A stretch of 64,000 nt of DNA, taken from positions 704,001 to 768,000 of the forward strand of contig CAVVLJ010000016.1 of the NCBI GenBank assembly GCA_963749075.1. The letters are read 5' to 3'. The position numbers and the translations under genes were made by a program. Under the pieces are notes generated by a model. That model made no database searches. It was given only the letters and a program-made list of their open reading frames with translations, and was not told where the DNA came from. Numbering within the stretch: position 1 is the stretch's first letter; the number at the start of each line of letters is the position of its first letter. The stretch is from an uncultured Pseudomonadota bacterium. Lineage in GTDB: Bacteria; Pseudomonadota; Alphaproteobacteria; JACZXZ01. Shown here piece after piece: positions 9,432 through 20,445 of this stretch.

Positions 9432-10949
9432 TTACGCCTGCGAGAAGGGCAGCGCCACGAAGAGCTCGTCGCCGTGGCGGTTGAGCAGCAGCAGGACTGC
9501 CTTCCGGTTGGCCTTCTTGGCCTCAGCCAAGCGTTCGGACGCCTGCTTCGGCCCATCGACCGCCTCCTGGCCAACCTTGACGATCACGTCGCCGGGCCTG
9601 AGGCCGTGCTCGGAGGCGGGGGCGCCATCCTCCACGTCGGTGACCAGCGCGCCCTTGACGCTGTTGTCGAGGCCGAGCTCGCGCCGCGCGTCCGCGGTGA
9701 GGTTGCCCAGCGTCAGGCCGAGGGAGGCGACTTTGGCCTCGCCCGCGGAGGGAGACACGGAGCTGTCGGGCTCCTCGGCGCTGGCCACGGTCTTCTCCGG
9801 CATCTTGCCCACGTCGACGGCAAGCTGCATCTCATGTCCGTCGCGCCATAGCGTGATCGGCGCATGGCTGCCGGGCCGGGTGTCGGCGACCGCGCGGGTG
9901 AGGTCGCGCAGCTCCTTGATGTCCTTGCCGTTGAAGCGGGTGATCACGTCGCCCTGGCGCAGGCCCGCCGCCTCGCTGGGGCTGCCCTTGGTGACGTTGG
10001 CGACGACGGCGCCCGCCGCCGACTTCAAGCCGAGGCTCTCGGCCATGTCGGGCGTCACTTCCTGGATCTGCACGCCGAGCCAGCCGCGCTCGACCGAGCC
10101 GTGCTCGCGCAGCTGTGCGATGACCGGCTTGGCGATCGAGGAGGGGATGGCGAAGCCGATGCCGACGCTGCCGCCGTTCGGCGAGTAGATGGCGCTGTTG
10201 ATGCCGATCACCTGGCCGTCCATGTTGAACATGGGGCCGCCGGAGTTGCCGCGGTTGATGGCGGCGTCGGTCTGGATGAAGCTGTCGTAGGGCCCTTCGT
10301 GGAGGTCGCGGCCGCGCGCCGAGACGATGCCCGCCGTCACGGTGCCGCCGAGCCCGAAGGGATTGCCGACCGCGACCACCCAATCGCCGACCTCGGCCTT
10401 GTCGCTGTCGCCCCAGCTGACCGCCGGGAGCGGATGGTCGGCCGTGATCTTGAGCAGCGCCAGGTCGGTGCGCTCGTCATGCCCCACGAGCTTGGCCTTG
10501 AAGGTCTTGCCGTCGCTGAGGGTGACGCTGATCTGGCTTGCCGAGCCGGCCACGTGGTTGTTGGTCACGATGTAGCCCGCGGGATCGATGATGAAGCCCG
10601 AGCCGAGCGAGTGCTGCACCATGGGATGGCTCTGGCCGCCCTCCGGGCTGTTGAAATAGTGCCGGAAGAACTGGCGGAACGGCGAATCCTCGGGGAGGTT
10701 CTGGAAGGGCAGGTCCATCATCGGGCCGCCCGAGACCTTCTCGGTGGTCGACACGTTGACGACCGCCGGTGCGACCTCCTTGACGAGCGACGAGAAGCTC
10801 TGCGGCGCCTCGCGCGCGAAAGCGGACGCCGTGAGGAAGAATACGGCGGCGATCATGCCGAGAGCGGCACCTGCGGCCTTGCGGGTACCCGAGGACGGCT
10901 CGCCCGCGAACCGCGACGGCTCTGGGAGGGGTAGGACGGAATGGCTCAT
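9432..10949 (-). CDS. degQ: DegP/DegQ (HtrA) periplasmic serine endoprotease with 2 PDZ domains
   Basis: Signal peptide, GSGFII, TNNHV, DLALLK, IQTDAAINRGNSGGP, two PDZ domains. Confidence 0.9.
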   Translation of the reverse strand: MSHSVLPLPEPSRFAGEPSSGTRKAAGAALGMIAAVFFLTASAFAREAPQSFSSLVKEVAPAVVNVSTTEKVSGGPMMDLPFQNLPEDSPFRQFFRHYFNSPEGGQSHPMVQHSLGSGFIIDPAGYIVTNNHVAGSASQISVTLSDGKTFKAKLVGHDERTDLALLKITADHPLPAVSWGDSDKAEVGDWVVAVGNPFGLGGTVTAGIVSARGRDLHEGPYDSFIQTDAAINRGNSGGPMFNMDGQVIGINSAIYSPNGGSVGIGFAIPSSIAKPVIAQLREHGSVERGWLGVQIQEVTPDMAESLGLKSAAGAVVANVTKGSPSEAAGLRQGDVITRFNGKDIKELRDLTRAVADTRPGSHAPITLWRDGHEMQLAVDVGKMPEKTVASAEEPDSSVSPSAGEAKVASLGLTLGNLTADARRELGLDNSVKGALVTDVEDGAPASEHGLRPGDVIVKVGQEAVDGPKQASERLAEAKKANRKAVLLLLNRHGDELFVALPFSQA

Positions 10950-11244
10950 AAACGGCTCCTTGCCTATGGATGGGCAGGCAAACGGACGCCGGTCCGCGAC
11001 CTACCGCCACCTGACAGATATAGATATGGACGACGGTCCCTTACCTTGCAGTGGCGCCGAGATTAATCTTCGGTAATGGTGGCCGGGTCTTCGCCGCCGG
11101 GCTCCGCCCCGAGGGCTCTCGGACGCACGTCTCGCCGCGAGGTGGACCGCCGCCTTCCAGGGGGCTTGGCCGTGGACAACGGCCATTTAGGGCGCTACCA
11201 GTAGACGCGCCGGGCCTGTCCCGGGGTGCGAACGGGGAAAGAGG

Positions 11245-12939
11245 ATGAGCGAGCGGCCCAGCATGCGGAGCGGCGGCCAGATACTGGTCGATCAGCTCAA
11301 GATCCACGGCGTCGATACGGTCTTCTGCGTGCCCGGCGAGAGCTTTCTCGCGGTGCTCGACGCGCTCTACGACGCGCGCAACGAGATCAGGCAGGTCGTG
11401 TGCCGGCAGGAGGGCGGCGCCGCTTACATGGCCGAGGCGCACGGCAAGCTCACCGGGCGGCCCGGCATCGCCTTCGTCACGCGCGGCCCGGGCGGCACCA
11501 ACGCGAGCGTGGGCGTCCATACCGCACTGCAGGATTCGACGCCGATGATCCTCTTCATCGGCCAGGTCGCGCGCGGCGATGTCGAGCGCGAGGCCTTCCA
11601 GGAGATCGACTTCCGCCGCATGTACGGCCCGCTCTCGAAATGGGTGGCCGAGATCGACGATCCGGGCCGCATTCCCGAATTCCTCGCCCATGCCTTCTCG
11701 CTTGCGACCTCGGGCCGGCCCGGACCCGTCGTCCTGGCACTTCCCGAGGACATGCTGCGCGAGCCCGCCGCGGCCGCCGACGCGGCACCCTACAGAAGCG
11801 TGCAGGCCTATCCCTCGCCCGCGGACATGGCCCGCTTGCGAGCACTCCTCGCCGCGGCCAAGCGGCCGCTCCTCCTCCTCGGCGGCAGCACCTGGACGGC
11901 CGAAGCGGTCGCCGACATCACGGCCTTTGCCGAAGCCAACCGCCTCCCCGTCGCCACCTCCTTCCGCCGCCAGGACCGCTTCGACAACCTCCATCCGTGC
12001 TATGCGGGCGACCTCGGCATCGCACCCGACGCGAAACTCTTAGCACTTGCCCGAGAGAGCGACCTCCTCATCGCGGCCGGCCCGCGGCTCGGCGAGATGA
12101 CGACCGGCGGCTACGCGCTCCTTGCCATACCGCGGCCCAAGCAGACGCTCGTCCACATCCACGCGGGAGCCGAGGAGCTCAACCGCGTCTATCAGGCTGA
12201 GCTGCCGATCAACGCCGGCATGGCGCAATTTGCCGCTGCGGCCAGGGCGCTCGAGCCCGTGGCGCCAGCACCTTGGGCGGCCGCCACCGCGGCGGCGCAC
12301 GAGGCATTTCTCGCCCACACGGTGCCGGTCGGCAATCCGGGCGCCCTCAACCTCGCGGAGATCGTCGCCCATCTGCGCGCAGCACTGCCGCCCGACACCA
12401 TCATCGCCAACGGCGCCGGCAATTATGCGGCCTGGGTGCACCGCTTCTGGCGCTACCGCGAGTTCGGCACGCAGCTCGCGCCGACCAGCGGCTCGATGGG
12501 CTACGGCGTGCCCGCAGCGGTGGCCGCCGCACTCGCGCATCCCGGGCGCACGGTGCTCTCCTTCTCGGGCGACGGCTGCTTCCTCATGAACGGTCAGGAG
12601 CTGGCGACGGCGCTTCAGCATGGCGCCGCTCCCATCTTCTTCGTGGTCAACAACGGCATGTACGGCACCATCCGCATGCATCAGGAGCGCGAGTATCCGA
12701 CGCGGGTCAGCGGCACCGGCCTCGTCAACCCCGACTTCGCCGCACTCGCGCGGGCCTACGGCGCCCACGGCGAGACGGTCGAGCGCACCGAGGACTTCGC
12801 CGCCGCCTTCGCGCGCGCAAGGAAGGCGGGGCGGGCGGCCGTCATCGAGCTGCGCTTCGACCCCGAGGCGATCACCACGCGCACGACCCTCAGCAGGATC
12901 CGCGAGTCGGCACTCGCGGCGCGGACCAGGACGAGCTGA
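11245..12939 (+). CDS. thiamine diphosphate-dependent enzyme (acetolactate synthase-like)
   Basis: VPGES, RQEGGA, TRGPG, GDGCFLM...NNG ThDP motif. Confidence 0.9.
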   Translation: MSERPSMRSGGQILVDQLKIHGVDTVFCVPGESFLAVLDALYDARNEIRQVVCRQEGGAAYMAEAHGKLTGRPGIAFVTRGPGGTNASVGVHTALQDSTPMILFIGQVARGDVEREAFQEIDFRRMYGPLSKWVAEIDDPGRIPEFLAHAFSLATSGRPGPVVLALPEDMLREPAAAADAAPYRSVQAYPSPADMARLRALLAAAKRPLLLLGGSTWTAEAVADITAFAEANRLPVATSFRRQDRFDNLHPCYAGDLGIAPDAKLLALARESDLLIAAGPRLGEMTTGGYALLAIPRPKQTLVHIHAGAEELNRVYQAELPINAGMAQFAAAARALEPVAPAPWAAATAAAHEAFLAHTVPVGNPGALNLAEIVAHLRAALPPDTIIANGAGNYAAWVHRFWRYREFGTQLAPTSGSMGYGVPAAVAAALAHPGRTVLSFSGDGCFLMNGQELATALQHGAAPIFFVVNNGMYGTIRMHQEREYPTRVSGTGLVNPDFAALARAYGAHGETVERTEDFAAAFARARKAGRAAVIELRFDPEAITTRTTLSRIRESALAARTRTS

Positions 12940-12955
12940 GGCAAGGGGCCCCGTC

Positions 12956-13981
12956 ATGGTGGCGCGCTCCGGCTGGGCGGCACTCCCCGCTGCATTCCTC
13001 CTGGTGCTGAGCGCGCTTGCGCCAGCGCGCGCGCAGGCGCCGGGAAGCCCCGCCGGCGGCAGGGGCTCGCCGCTCTACGTCCAGCTCAAGACCATCGATC
13101 TTCCGGGCAAGGGCGGCGGCCCCGGCGGTGCCGTTGCCGTCGATACGGACACCGCGACCGTGTGGCTCTCCCAGACGGCCAACCGCAATCTCGTGGTGAT
13201 CGACGCCGGGAACAACACGGTGCGCCAGGTGATCGAAGGCGTCGAGCCCGCGAGCGAGATCGGCTTCAGCGAGCATTATGTCTTCATCGCCGACGCGGCG
13301 AACCCGGCGGCGGTGGTGATCGGCAAGCGCTCGTTCGAGAAGGCCGCGGCGCTGAAGCCGGTCGGACCCAGCCCCGATGCCGCCTATTTCGACAGCAAGC
13401 AGGGCCTGCTCTGGGTCACCGCCGCGAACGGCGAGATGACGATCTTCAAGGCCGTCGGCCGCGGCGGCTTCAAGCACCTGGCCGGGCTGCGGCTCCGGCC
13501 CAGCCCGCCCAAGGAGAGGCCGGGCGCCGGCCTCCAAGTCGCCTCGAAGGACCGCCTCTACCAGCCCGTCGACGACGTGATCGACGTGATCAACCCCAAG
13601 AGCCTCAAGCTCGAGCATATCTGGAACCTCGGCCCCGTCGGCCGCATCGCGAGCCTCGCCTATGATTCGCGGACGGACCGGCTGCTGGCGGGCTGCGAGG
13701 CCTCCGTCGTCATCGTCGTCGACGCCAAGTCGGGGAAGCCCGTGGCGAGACTGTCCATGAGGGGCAGAGCCGGCGCCGTCTCGGTCGACCCCGGCCTGCG
13801 CCGGGCCTATGTGGCGGATGCGGCCGGCCTCGTCGAGGTGTTCGATCTCGACCGCGACACGCGGGTGGCGGCATTCCCCTCGGAGCCGGGCCTGCGCGCG
13901 CTCGCGGTCGACCCGGCCACCCATGCGCTCTACGTCTATCGCGCGCGCGCCAACAAGCTCGACGTGTTCGCGCCGCGCTGA
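12956..13981 (+). CDS. exported YncE-like beta-propeller protein
   Basis: Signal peptide (LAPARAQ); repeated AVDxxT..VY/LY blades. Confidence 0.6.
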   Translation: MVARSGWAALPAAFLLVLSALAPARAQAPGSPAGGRGSPLYVQLKTIDLPGKGGGPGGAVAVDTDTATVWLSQTANRNLVVIDAGNNTVRQVIEGVEPASEIGFSEHYVFIADAANPAAVVIGKRSFEKAAALKPVGPSPDAAYFDSKQGLLWVTAANGEMTIFKAVGRGGFKHLAGLRLRPSPPKERPGAGLQVASKDRLYQPVDDVIDVINPKSLKLEHIWNLGPVGRIASLAYDSRTDRLLAGCEASVVIVVDAKSGKPVARLSMRGRAGAVSVDPGLRRAYVADAAGLVEVFDLDRDTRVAAFPSEPGLRALAVDPATHALYVYRARANKLDVFAPR

Positions 13982-14055
13982 AGGCGGCTGGCTCGCCTTG
14001 ACGCAAGACGCTTGGCCGCTCTCCCGCGCGCGGGAGAGGGACAGCAGCGCGCCGC

Positions 14056-14089
14056 AAAAGAAAGCGGCGCCGGCAATGGCCGGCGCCGC
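14056..14089 (-). terminator. intrinsic terminator of the OmpA-family gene
   Basis: 11-bp stem GCGGCGCCGGC-AATG-GCCGGCGCCGC followed on the minus strand by TTTCTTTT. Confidence 0.7.
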
Positions 14090-14114
14090 AGACTTCAGTC
14101 GAACTCGCCTGAGC

Positions 14115-14940
14115 TTACTTCTTGAGCTCGATATGCACGTTCCGATTCTCCTGCTCGCGCACCTGATCGGGTGTCTTGACGCGGAGGTCGGTCTTGCCCT
14201 TGCCGATGGTGCGGATGCTCCGACGCGCCACGCCGTGCGTGCTCGAGGTATCTCGCCACGGCCTGGGCGCGGTGCACGGAGAGCACCTGGTTGTAGCCAG
14301 CCGAACCGACGGTGTCGGTGTGACCGGTGATGAGCACGCTCGCTCCGCCGAGGCGCCTGACCGAGTCAAGCACGCCCTCGAGGATGGCGACCGCATCCGC
14401 GCGCAGCGCCGCGCTGTTGAAGTCGAAGAACACCCAGAAGTCCGTCGCGATCGGCGGCGGCGGCGGCGGCGGCAGACGCTTCAGCGCGTCGGAGAAGTTC
14501 TTCTGGCATTCGTCGAGGATGCCGTCATAAACGTCATGCTCCCAATGCCGCATCATGCAGTCGTAAGAGACCTGCACGATCGCCGTATCGCCCGGGTCGC
14601 GCACCCGGTAGTCGCCCTTGAGCACGCGGTTGAGCGCGATCGCCGGCTCGTTGCCCTCTTGCGGCGGCATGCCCTGCAGGTTCGGGCTCTCAGGCGCCAC
14701 CTCCTCGCCGGCCGCGGCCTTAGCCGACTTCGCGTTCCAATAGAGCGCGTCGGACAGGTGGCCGCTGGCTTGGAGCTTGCGTGCAAGGCCGCTGTATTCC
14801 TTGTGCAGCGCTTGCGCGAATGGCGAGCCCTGACCGGGTGTCGACTCCACCGGGCCTAGCTGGGCATCAATGTAGTGAGGATTGCACGCACCCAGCAGAG
14901 CGATGCCGGCGAGCGCGCCAAGAATTTTCAGAAGCTTCAT
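14115..14940 (-). CDS. OmpA-family lipoprotein (one +1 frameshift near 14241)
   Basis: Lipobox LLGAC, Pro linker, VFFDFNSA, GHTDTVGSAGYNQVLS; C-terminus (HGVARRSI...ENRNVHIELKK) lies in another frame. Confidence 0.8.
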
Positions 14941-15545
14941 AGACAACTCCCCCCTCCTGATCAGTGCCCTAAAAGCCGTTTCCGATGCGATCCGAAACCT
15001 TGCCGGATAGACGCCCGGTCCGCACGCAGCATAGCAGGAGCCGCGCCGCGGTTGAAGGGTTTGCTTAGCACTTTGCCGGGCCGATTGCACCAGTCGAGAT
15101 GGCCGCCCGGGCCGTCCTGCGGGCAGCTCGGGGCGGCCGCCGGAGAGCCGTTCCGCCGCCCTTCCGGGCGCTTTCCGCGGCCTCTGGCCGGGCTGGAGAA
15201 TAAGTAGCAACATATTGATTTGCATGGCAAAAACTATTGACCGGCTGCATCCGGCCAGGGCCCGCCGGACCGCCCTTCGCCGCCGCTGCGCCGGGCGTTG
15301 CAAGCCTCGCCGCGGGACGCGCGGAAAGCTGCTGCGGGAGGCACCGTGTAAAAAATCCGGACTCCGTGACTAAAATGCAACCAATGAGTAGAGCCGGGCG
15401 GGTCTTGCCGCCGGCAGGTCCATGCGTGCCGGCCTCGCACTGGGCGCGGCAGAGGTCGTTCCAAATTCGTTCTTGCGCGGCGTCGACGGCTCTGGGATTT
15501 TTCGCGGCGGCGGCCGAAGTGCCGCGCCGCGGGAGAGGACAGCAC

Positions 15546-16406
15546 ATGCGGTTGGCGAGCTATCTCGCGGCGGGGAAGCGGCGCTACGGTGCGGTCACGG
15601 GCGGCGGGATCGTCGAGCTCGGCCGCCGGCTCGGCGCGGATTTTCCGGATCTCCTTTCTCTCATTGCGGGGAACGGACTCGAACGCGCGCGCGAGGCGGC
15701 CGCGGGTGCCGCGCCCGACCACGCGCTCGAAGAGGCCGCGCTGCTGCCCCCGCTCGCGGCACCCGAGAAGATTTGGTGCATCGGTGTCAACTATGCGGAG
15801 CGCAACGAGGAGTACCGCGACGGCTCGGCCGCACCGCGCTACCCGAGTCTCTTCTGCCGCGCGCCGCTTTCGCTCGTCGGCCACGGCCAGCCGATCGAGC
15901 GGCCGCGCGTCTCCCGAGAGCTCGATTACGAGGGCGAGATCGTCCTGGTGATCGGCAAGGCGGGCCGCCACGTGCCGCGCGAGCGCGCCCTCGAGCACGT
16001 CTTCGGCCTCACCCTCTGCAACGAGGGCAGCGTGCGCGACTGGCTGCGCCACGGCAAGTTCAACGTGACGCAAGGCAAGAACTTCGACCGGTCCGGCAGC
16101 ATCGGCCCCTGGATCGTGACGGCCGACGAGATCGATCCCGCGGCACCGCTCGAGCTCACCACCCGCGTCAACGGCGAGGTGCGCCAGCACGACAGCACGG
16201 CGCGGCTGATCTTTCCCTTCGATGCGCTCATCGCCTATCTCACGACCTTCGCGACCTTGCGGCCGGGCGACCTCATCGTCACCGGCACGCCCACGGGATC
16301 CGGCGCGCGCTTCGATCCGCCGAGGTGGCTCAAGCCGGGCGACGTGGTCGAGGTCGAGGTGCCGGGGATCGGCGTGCTCGGCAATCCGGTGATCGACGAG
16401 CCGTGA
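15546..16406 (+). CDS. fumarylacetoacetate hydrolase family protein
   Basis: IGVNY, LDYEGE, GKNFD, PGDLIVTGTP. Confidence 0.9.
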   Translation: MRLASYLAAGKRRYGAVTGGGIVELGRRLGADFPDLLSLIAGNGLERAREAAAGAAPDHALEEAALLPPLAAPEKIWCIGVNYAERNEEYRDGSAAPRYPSLFCRAPLSLVGHGQPIERPRVSRELDYEGEIVLVIGKAGRHVPRERALEHVFGLTLCNEGSVRDWLRHGKFNVTQGKNFDRSGSIGPWIVTADEIDPAAPLELTTRVNGEVRQHDSTARLIFPFDALIAYLTTFATLRPGDLIVTGTPTGSGARFDPPRWLKPGDVVEVEVPGIGVLGNPVIDEP

Positions 16407-16439
16407 GGGGAGGCGGCAGCTCGGCGCGGCCTCTTCCGC

Positions 16440-17108
16440 TCAGTCGACGGAGCGGGCGAGGATCATGCTCATGTGGCAGAGCGGGCGCTTCCCCGCCTTG
16501 GCACAGGCGAGGATGGCCTCCGCCGCCGCGGCCCTTTCGGCCTTGCCCTTGGGCTCGCGGGCGAGCGTGCCCCACTCCACGAGCGCGTGCACGACGTGAG
16601 GTGTCAAGATGAAGGTGTCCTTGCCGACCATGCGCAGGAAATAGGCCGAGGAATTGCCGCCCATCTGGCTGAAGCGCTTGGCGAGGTCGTCCCAGAGTGC
16701 CAGGATGCGCTCGCCCGGCCAGTCGGCGAGATAGCGCCCGAACGAGCCCTTCTCCTCCGCGAGCTCGAGGATTGCCGCCGCATTGTGGCGCACGGACTTG
16801 AGCTTGCCCCAATGGCGGATGAGGCGCTTGTCCTGCATGAGGCGCTCGAGCGCCTCGTCGCTCATCGCGCGCACGCGGCGGGGAGCGAAGCCGTGGAACA
16901 CCTCCTCGAAGGCCGGCCACCTGGCATCGACCAGGCTGTGCTTGAGCCCGGCGCGGAAGATGCGCAACGACATGGCCGAGAGATAGCGGTCGTCGGGCAC
17001 GGCCGCGAGCTCGGCCGCCGATTTGGGATTTGGCAGCACTTTGGCGAGCGCGTGGCCGCCGCCGCTCCGCTTCTCCGCCGCCGCGAGGATGGTCTTGAAG
17101 GGGGTCAT
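16440..17108 (-). CDS. DNA-3-methyladenine glycosylase I (Tag)-family protein
   Basis: DDRYLSAM..IFRAGL, WPAFEEVFHGF, RLIRHWGKLKSV. Confidence 0.7.
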   Translation of the reverse strand: MTPFKTILAAAEKRSGGGHALAKVLPNPKSAAELAAVPDDRYLSAMSLRIFRAGLKHSLVDARWPAFEEVFHGFAPRRVRAMSDEALERLMQDKRLIRHWGKLKSVRHNAAAILELAEEKGSFGRYLADWPGERILALWDDLAKRFSQMGGNSSAYFLRMVGKDTFILTPHVVHALVEWGTLAREPKGKAERAAAAEAILACAKAGKRPLCHMSMILARSVD

Positions 17109-17245
17109 GACGCCGGACTTTAGTTTTGCGCGCCCCTCGGCACAAGCCGTGCTGAGGTTCTCCTGCTGCCGCCTCGACGGTCTACGATCTCGACGGCCTT
17201 CGATCTCGACCTGGACAGCCGCCGGTCCCGCTACCACAATGGTGG

Positions 17246-17307
17246 CCCCCCTCTCCCGCAAGCGGGAGAGGGAGGGGCCCATCGCGCAGCGATGGGAGGG
17301 TGAGGGA
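17246..17307. repeat. family A REP-like single unit
   Basis: CCCTCTCCCGCAAGCGGGAGAGGGAGGGGCCCATCGCGCAGCGATGGGAGGGTGAGGGA, nearly identical to 6149-6209. Confidence 0.8.
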
Positions 17308-17368
17308 CAGCGCCGGAGCTCCTACGGGCGCTCTTCACAAGGCGCTCGCGCGCGAGAGGCAAGCGTCG

Positions 17369-17611
17369 ATGCAGACCATCTTCATCATGGTCAAGTGCGA
17401 GCTGGGCCGGACCTACGAGGTGGCCGACGAGCTCGTGCAGACCGTCGAGCAGGTCTCCGAGGTGCACTCGATCTCGGGCCAATACGACCTCCTGGTCAAA
17501 TGCTACCTCCCCGAGGGCATGGACATCGGCCACTTCGTCGCCTCGCAGATCCAGCGCGTGGGCGGCATCAAGGACACCTATACGATCATTACGTTCAAGG
17601 CGTTTACGTGA
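17369..17611 (+). CDS. Lrp/AsnC ligand-binding domain small protein
   Basis: 80 aa; IFIMVKCELG, EVHSISGQYDLLVK. Confidence 0.8.
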   Translation: MQTIFIMVKCELGRTYEVADELVQTVEQVSEVHSISGQYDLLVKCYLPEGMDIGHFVASQIQRVGGIKDTYTIITFKAFT

Positions 17612-17683
17612 GCGGCGCGGCCAGCGCGGTTTGTCAATTTCTCGCTGTCAGGCCCAACCGAGCAATCATATAGATAGCAAGCA

Positions 17684-18763
17684 ATGAATGACGGCCGCAG
17701 TCCCTCCGCAGGTGCTGACGAGCCCCTCTCCATCGAGGCGTTCGACTTCGCCCTCCCGCGCGAGCGCATCGCCCAGCATCCGGTGCGGCCGCGCGATGCG
17801 GCGCGGCTCCTTTGCGTCGGACGCGGCGGGCTCGCGGATGCCGTGGTGCGCGATCTCCCGGTGCTCCTTCGCCCGGGCGACCTCCTCGTGCTCAACGACA
17901 CGAAGGTGATCCCGGCCCGGCTCGCCGGCACACGGCGTGGCGCCAAGGTCGAGCTCACGCTCCACCGCGAGGCCGCCCCCGGCGTCTGGCGCGCCTTTGC
18001 CCGCCCGGCGCGCAAGCTCGCGGTGGGCGACCGCGTCGAGTTCGCAGCCGATTTTGCGGCCGAAGTGGCGGCGAAAGCCGCCGACGGCGAGGTCACCTTG
18101 CGCTTCGCCACCTCTGCTGCGGCGCTCCTCGCCGCCCTCGAGCGCCACGGCGCGGCGCCGCTGCCGCCCTACATCAAGCGCCCGGCCGGCGCTTCGGTGG
18201 CCGACCGCGCCGATTACCAGACCATCTATGCGCGGGCGCCGGGCGCCGTGGCAGCACCCACCGCAGGGCTCCATTTCACCGACGCGCTCTTTGCCGCCCT
18301 CGACGCGCGCGGGATAGGGCGGACGACCGTGACGCTCCATGTCGGCGCCGGCACCTTCTTGCCCGTCAAGGTGGGGGACGTGCGGCAGCACCCCATGCAC
18401 GGCGAATTTGGCGTCGTCACCGAGGAGGCCGCGGCGGCGGTGAACGCGGCGCGTGCGGCTGGCGGGCGCATCGCCGCAGTCGGCTCGACCTCCTTGCGCC
18501 TCCTCGAGAGCGCCGCCGGCGAGGACGGCCGCGTCGGGCCCTTCGCGGGCGAGACGCGGCTCTTCATCCTCCCCGGCTACCGCTTCAAGGCGGTCGATCT
18601 CATGCTCACCAACTTCCACCTGCCGCGCTCGACCCTCTTCATGCTGGTGGCGGCCTTCGCCGGGCTCGCGCGCATGCAGGCGGCCTATCGCCATGCCATC
18701 GACGCCGGCTACCGCTTCTATTCCTATGGCGACGCCTGCCTCCTCGAGCGGGCCGAGACATGA
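17684..18763 (+). CDS. queA: S-adenosylmethionine:tRNA ribosyltransferase-isomerase
   Basis: [62 protein letters not shown]. Confidence 0.96.
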   Translation: MNDGRSPSAGADEPLSIEAFDFALPRERIAQHPVRPRDAARLLCVGRGGLADAVVRDLPVLLRPGDLLVLNDTKVIPARLAGTRRGAKVELTLHREAAPGVWRAFARPARKLAVGDRVEFAADFAAEVAAKAADGEVTLRFATSAAALLAALERHGAAPLPPYIKRPAGASVADRADYQTIYARAPGAVAAPTAGLHFTDALFAALDARGIGRTTVTLHVGAGTFLPVKVGDVRQHPMHGEFGVVTEEAAAAVNAARAAGGRIAAVGSTSLRLLESAAGEDGRVGPFAGETRLFILPGYRFKAVDLMLTNFHLPRSTLFMLVAAFAGLARMQAAYRHAIDAGYRFYSYGDACLLERAET

Positions 18764-19893
18764 GCGGCCGCTTCGCCTTCGCCCTCCTCGCGGCCTCGGG
18801 CGCGGCGCGCCGCGGCCGGCTCGAGACCGCGCACGGCAGCGTCGAGACGCCGGCCTTCATGCCCGTGGGCACGGCGGGCACGGTCAAGGCGATGACCGCC
18901 GAGGCCGTGCGCTCGACCGGCACCGAGATCATCCTCGCCAACACCTATCACCTGATGCTGCGCCCCGGCGCCGAGCGCTTGGCCCGGCTCGGCGGCCTCC
19001 ACCGCTTCATGGACTGGCCGGGGCCGATCCTCACGGATTCGGGCGGCTATCAGGTCATGTCGCTCGCGCAGCTGCGCACCATCGGCGAGGAGGGCGTCGC
19101 CTTCCAGTCGCACCTCGACGGCGCCCGCCATCTCCTGACGCCCGAGCGCGCTGTCGAGATCCAGCGCCTGCTCGACGCCACCATCTCGATGGCGCTCGAC
19201 GAATGCACCGGCTGGCCGTGCGACGAGGCCACGGCGGCGCAGTCAATGCGCCTCTCCATGCGCTGGGCCGCGCGCTCGCGTGCCAGCTTTGCCGAGCACA
19301 CGGGCTACGGCCTCTTCGGCATCGCCCAGGGCAGCGTCTACGCGAGCTTGCGCGAGGAATCGGCCAAGGCGCTCGCGGCAATCGGCTTCGAGGGCTATGC
19401 CATCGGCGGCCTCGCGGTGGGCGAGGGGCAGGCGCGCATGCTGGCCGCCCTCGAGGCCACGCTGCCCCATCTCCCGGCCGGCCAGCCGCGCTATCTCATG
19501 GGCGTCGGCAAGCCCGACGACCTCATCGCCGCCGTGGCGCGCGGCGTCGATCTCTTCGACTGCGTGATCCCGACGCGCTCGGGCCGCACCGGCCAGGCCT
19601 TCACCCGCCGGGGCGCCCTCAACCTGCGCAACGCGCGCCACGCCGAGGACCCGCGGCCGCTCGACGAGGCCTGCCGCTGTCCCGCCTGCCGCACCGCCAG
19701 CCGCGCCTACCTCCATCACCTGGTGAAGGCCGGCGAGATCCTGGCCGCCATGCTGCTCACCTGGCACAACCTCACCTATTATCAGGGGCTTCTCGGAGCA
19801 CTCAGGTCCGCGATCGTGGAAGGGCGCTTCGCCGAGGTTGCCGCGGCAATCGCCGGCGAGCTTGCCGCGGGGGAGGTCGAGCCCCCATGCTGA
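18760..19893 (+). CDS. tgt: tRNA-guanine(34) transglycosylase
   Basis: [38 protein letters not shown], CxCxxC..H zinc site; ATGA overlap with queA. Confidence 0.96.
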   Translation: MSGRFAFALLAASGAARRGRLETAHGSVETPAFMPVGTAGTVKAMTAEAVRSTGTEIILANTYHLMLRPGAERLARLGGLHRFMDWPGPILTDSGGYQVMSLAQLRTIGEEGVAFQSHLDGARHLLTPERAVEIQRLLDATISMALDECTGWPCDEATAAQSMRLSMRWAARSRASFAEHTGYGLFGIAQGSVYASLREESAKALAAIGFEGYAIGGLAVGEGQARMLAALEATLPHLPAGQPRYLMGVGKPDDLIAAVARGVDLFDCVIPTRSGRTGQAFTRRGALNLRNARHAEDPRPLDEACRCPACRTASRAYLHHLVKAGEILAAMLLTWHNLTYYQGLLGALRSAIVEGRFAEVAAAIAGELAAGEVEPPC

Positions 19894-19973
19894 CGCGTCG
19901 GATTGACGCGGCAATCTATCGACCGGCCGCCGAGACCCATGTATGATCGGCCGATTTCAATAGGTTGGCATGC

Positions 19974-20438
19974 ATGGTTCAGGCGAAATACCGGGAGCTC
20001 ACGATCCTCGGCGGCAAGGCTCGGCCGCCGCGCTCGCCGGCCGAGGCGCGCCTCGAGAGCGTCGCCAATCCGCATCCCCGGACGGCCTATCTGGTGCGCT
20101 TCACCGCACCCGAGTTCACCTGCCTCTGCCCGCTCACCGGCCAGCCGGATTTCGCCCATCTCGTCATCGACTATGTCCCGGCCCGCCGCCTCCTCGAGAG
20201 CAAGTCGCTCAAGCTCTACCTCGCCTCCTTCCGCAACCACGGCGGCTTTCACGAGGAGACCACCCTCGCCATCGCACGGCGCCTCGAGCGCGAGCTCAAG
20301 CCGCGCTGGCTCAGGATCGGCGGCTATTGGTACCCGCGCGGCGGCATGCCCATCGACGTCTTCTACCAGTCCGCAGCACCGCCCAAGGGGCTCTGGCTCC
20401 CCGAGCAGGGCGTGCCGCCCTATCGCGGGCGGGGGTAG
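19974..20438 (+). CDS. queF: preQ0 (7-cyano-7-deazaguanine) reductase, type I
   Basis: [37 protein letters not shown]. Confidence 0.96.
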   Translation: MVQAKYRELTILGGKARPPRSPAEARLESVANPHPRTAYLVRFTAPEFTCLCPLTGQPDFAHLVIDYVPARRLLESKSLKLYLASFRNHGGFHEETTLAIARRLERELKPRWLRIGGYWYPRGGMPIDVFYQSAAPPKGLWLPEQGVPPYRGRG

Positions 20439-20445
20439 GGCGCCC

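Noticed and set aside
7289-9484. Long antisense or alternate-frame ORFs (e.g. 731 aa here, 804 aa at 32113-34527, 803 aa at 42628-45039)
   Set aside because: Shadow ORFs of real genes in high-GC DNA; Arg/Ala/Gly-rich with no family motifs
17812-19893. 693-aa ORF suggesting a QueA-Tgt fusion
   Set aside because: The N-terminal part is an off-frame read of queA; tgt starts at ATG 18760, overlapping the queA stop
19894-19973. preQ1 riboswitch upstream of queF
   Set aside because: No recognisable preQ1-I stem-loop or A-rich tail
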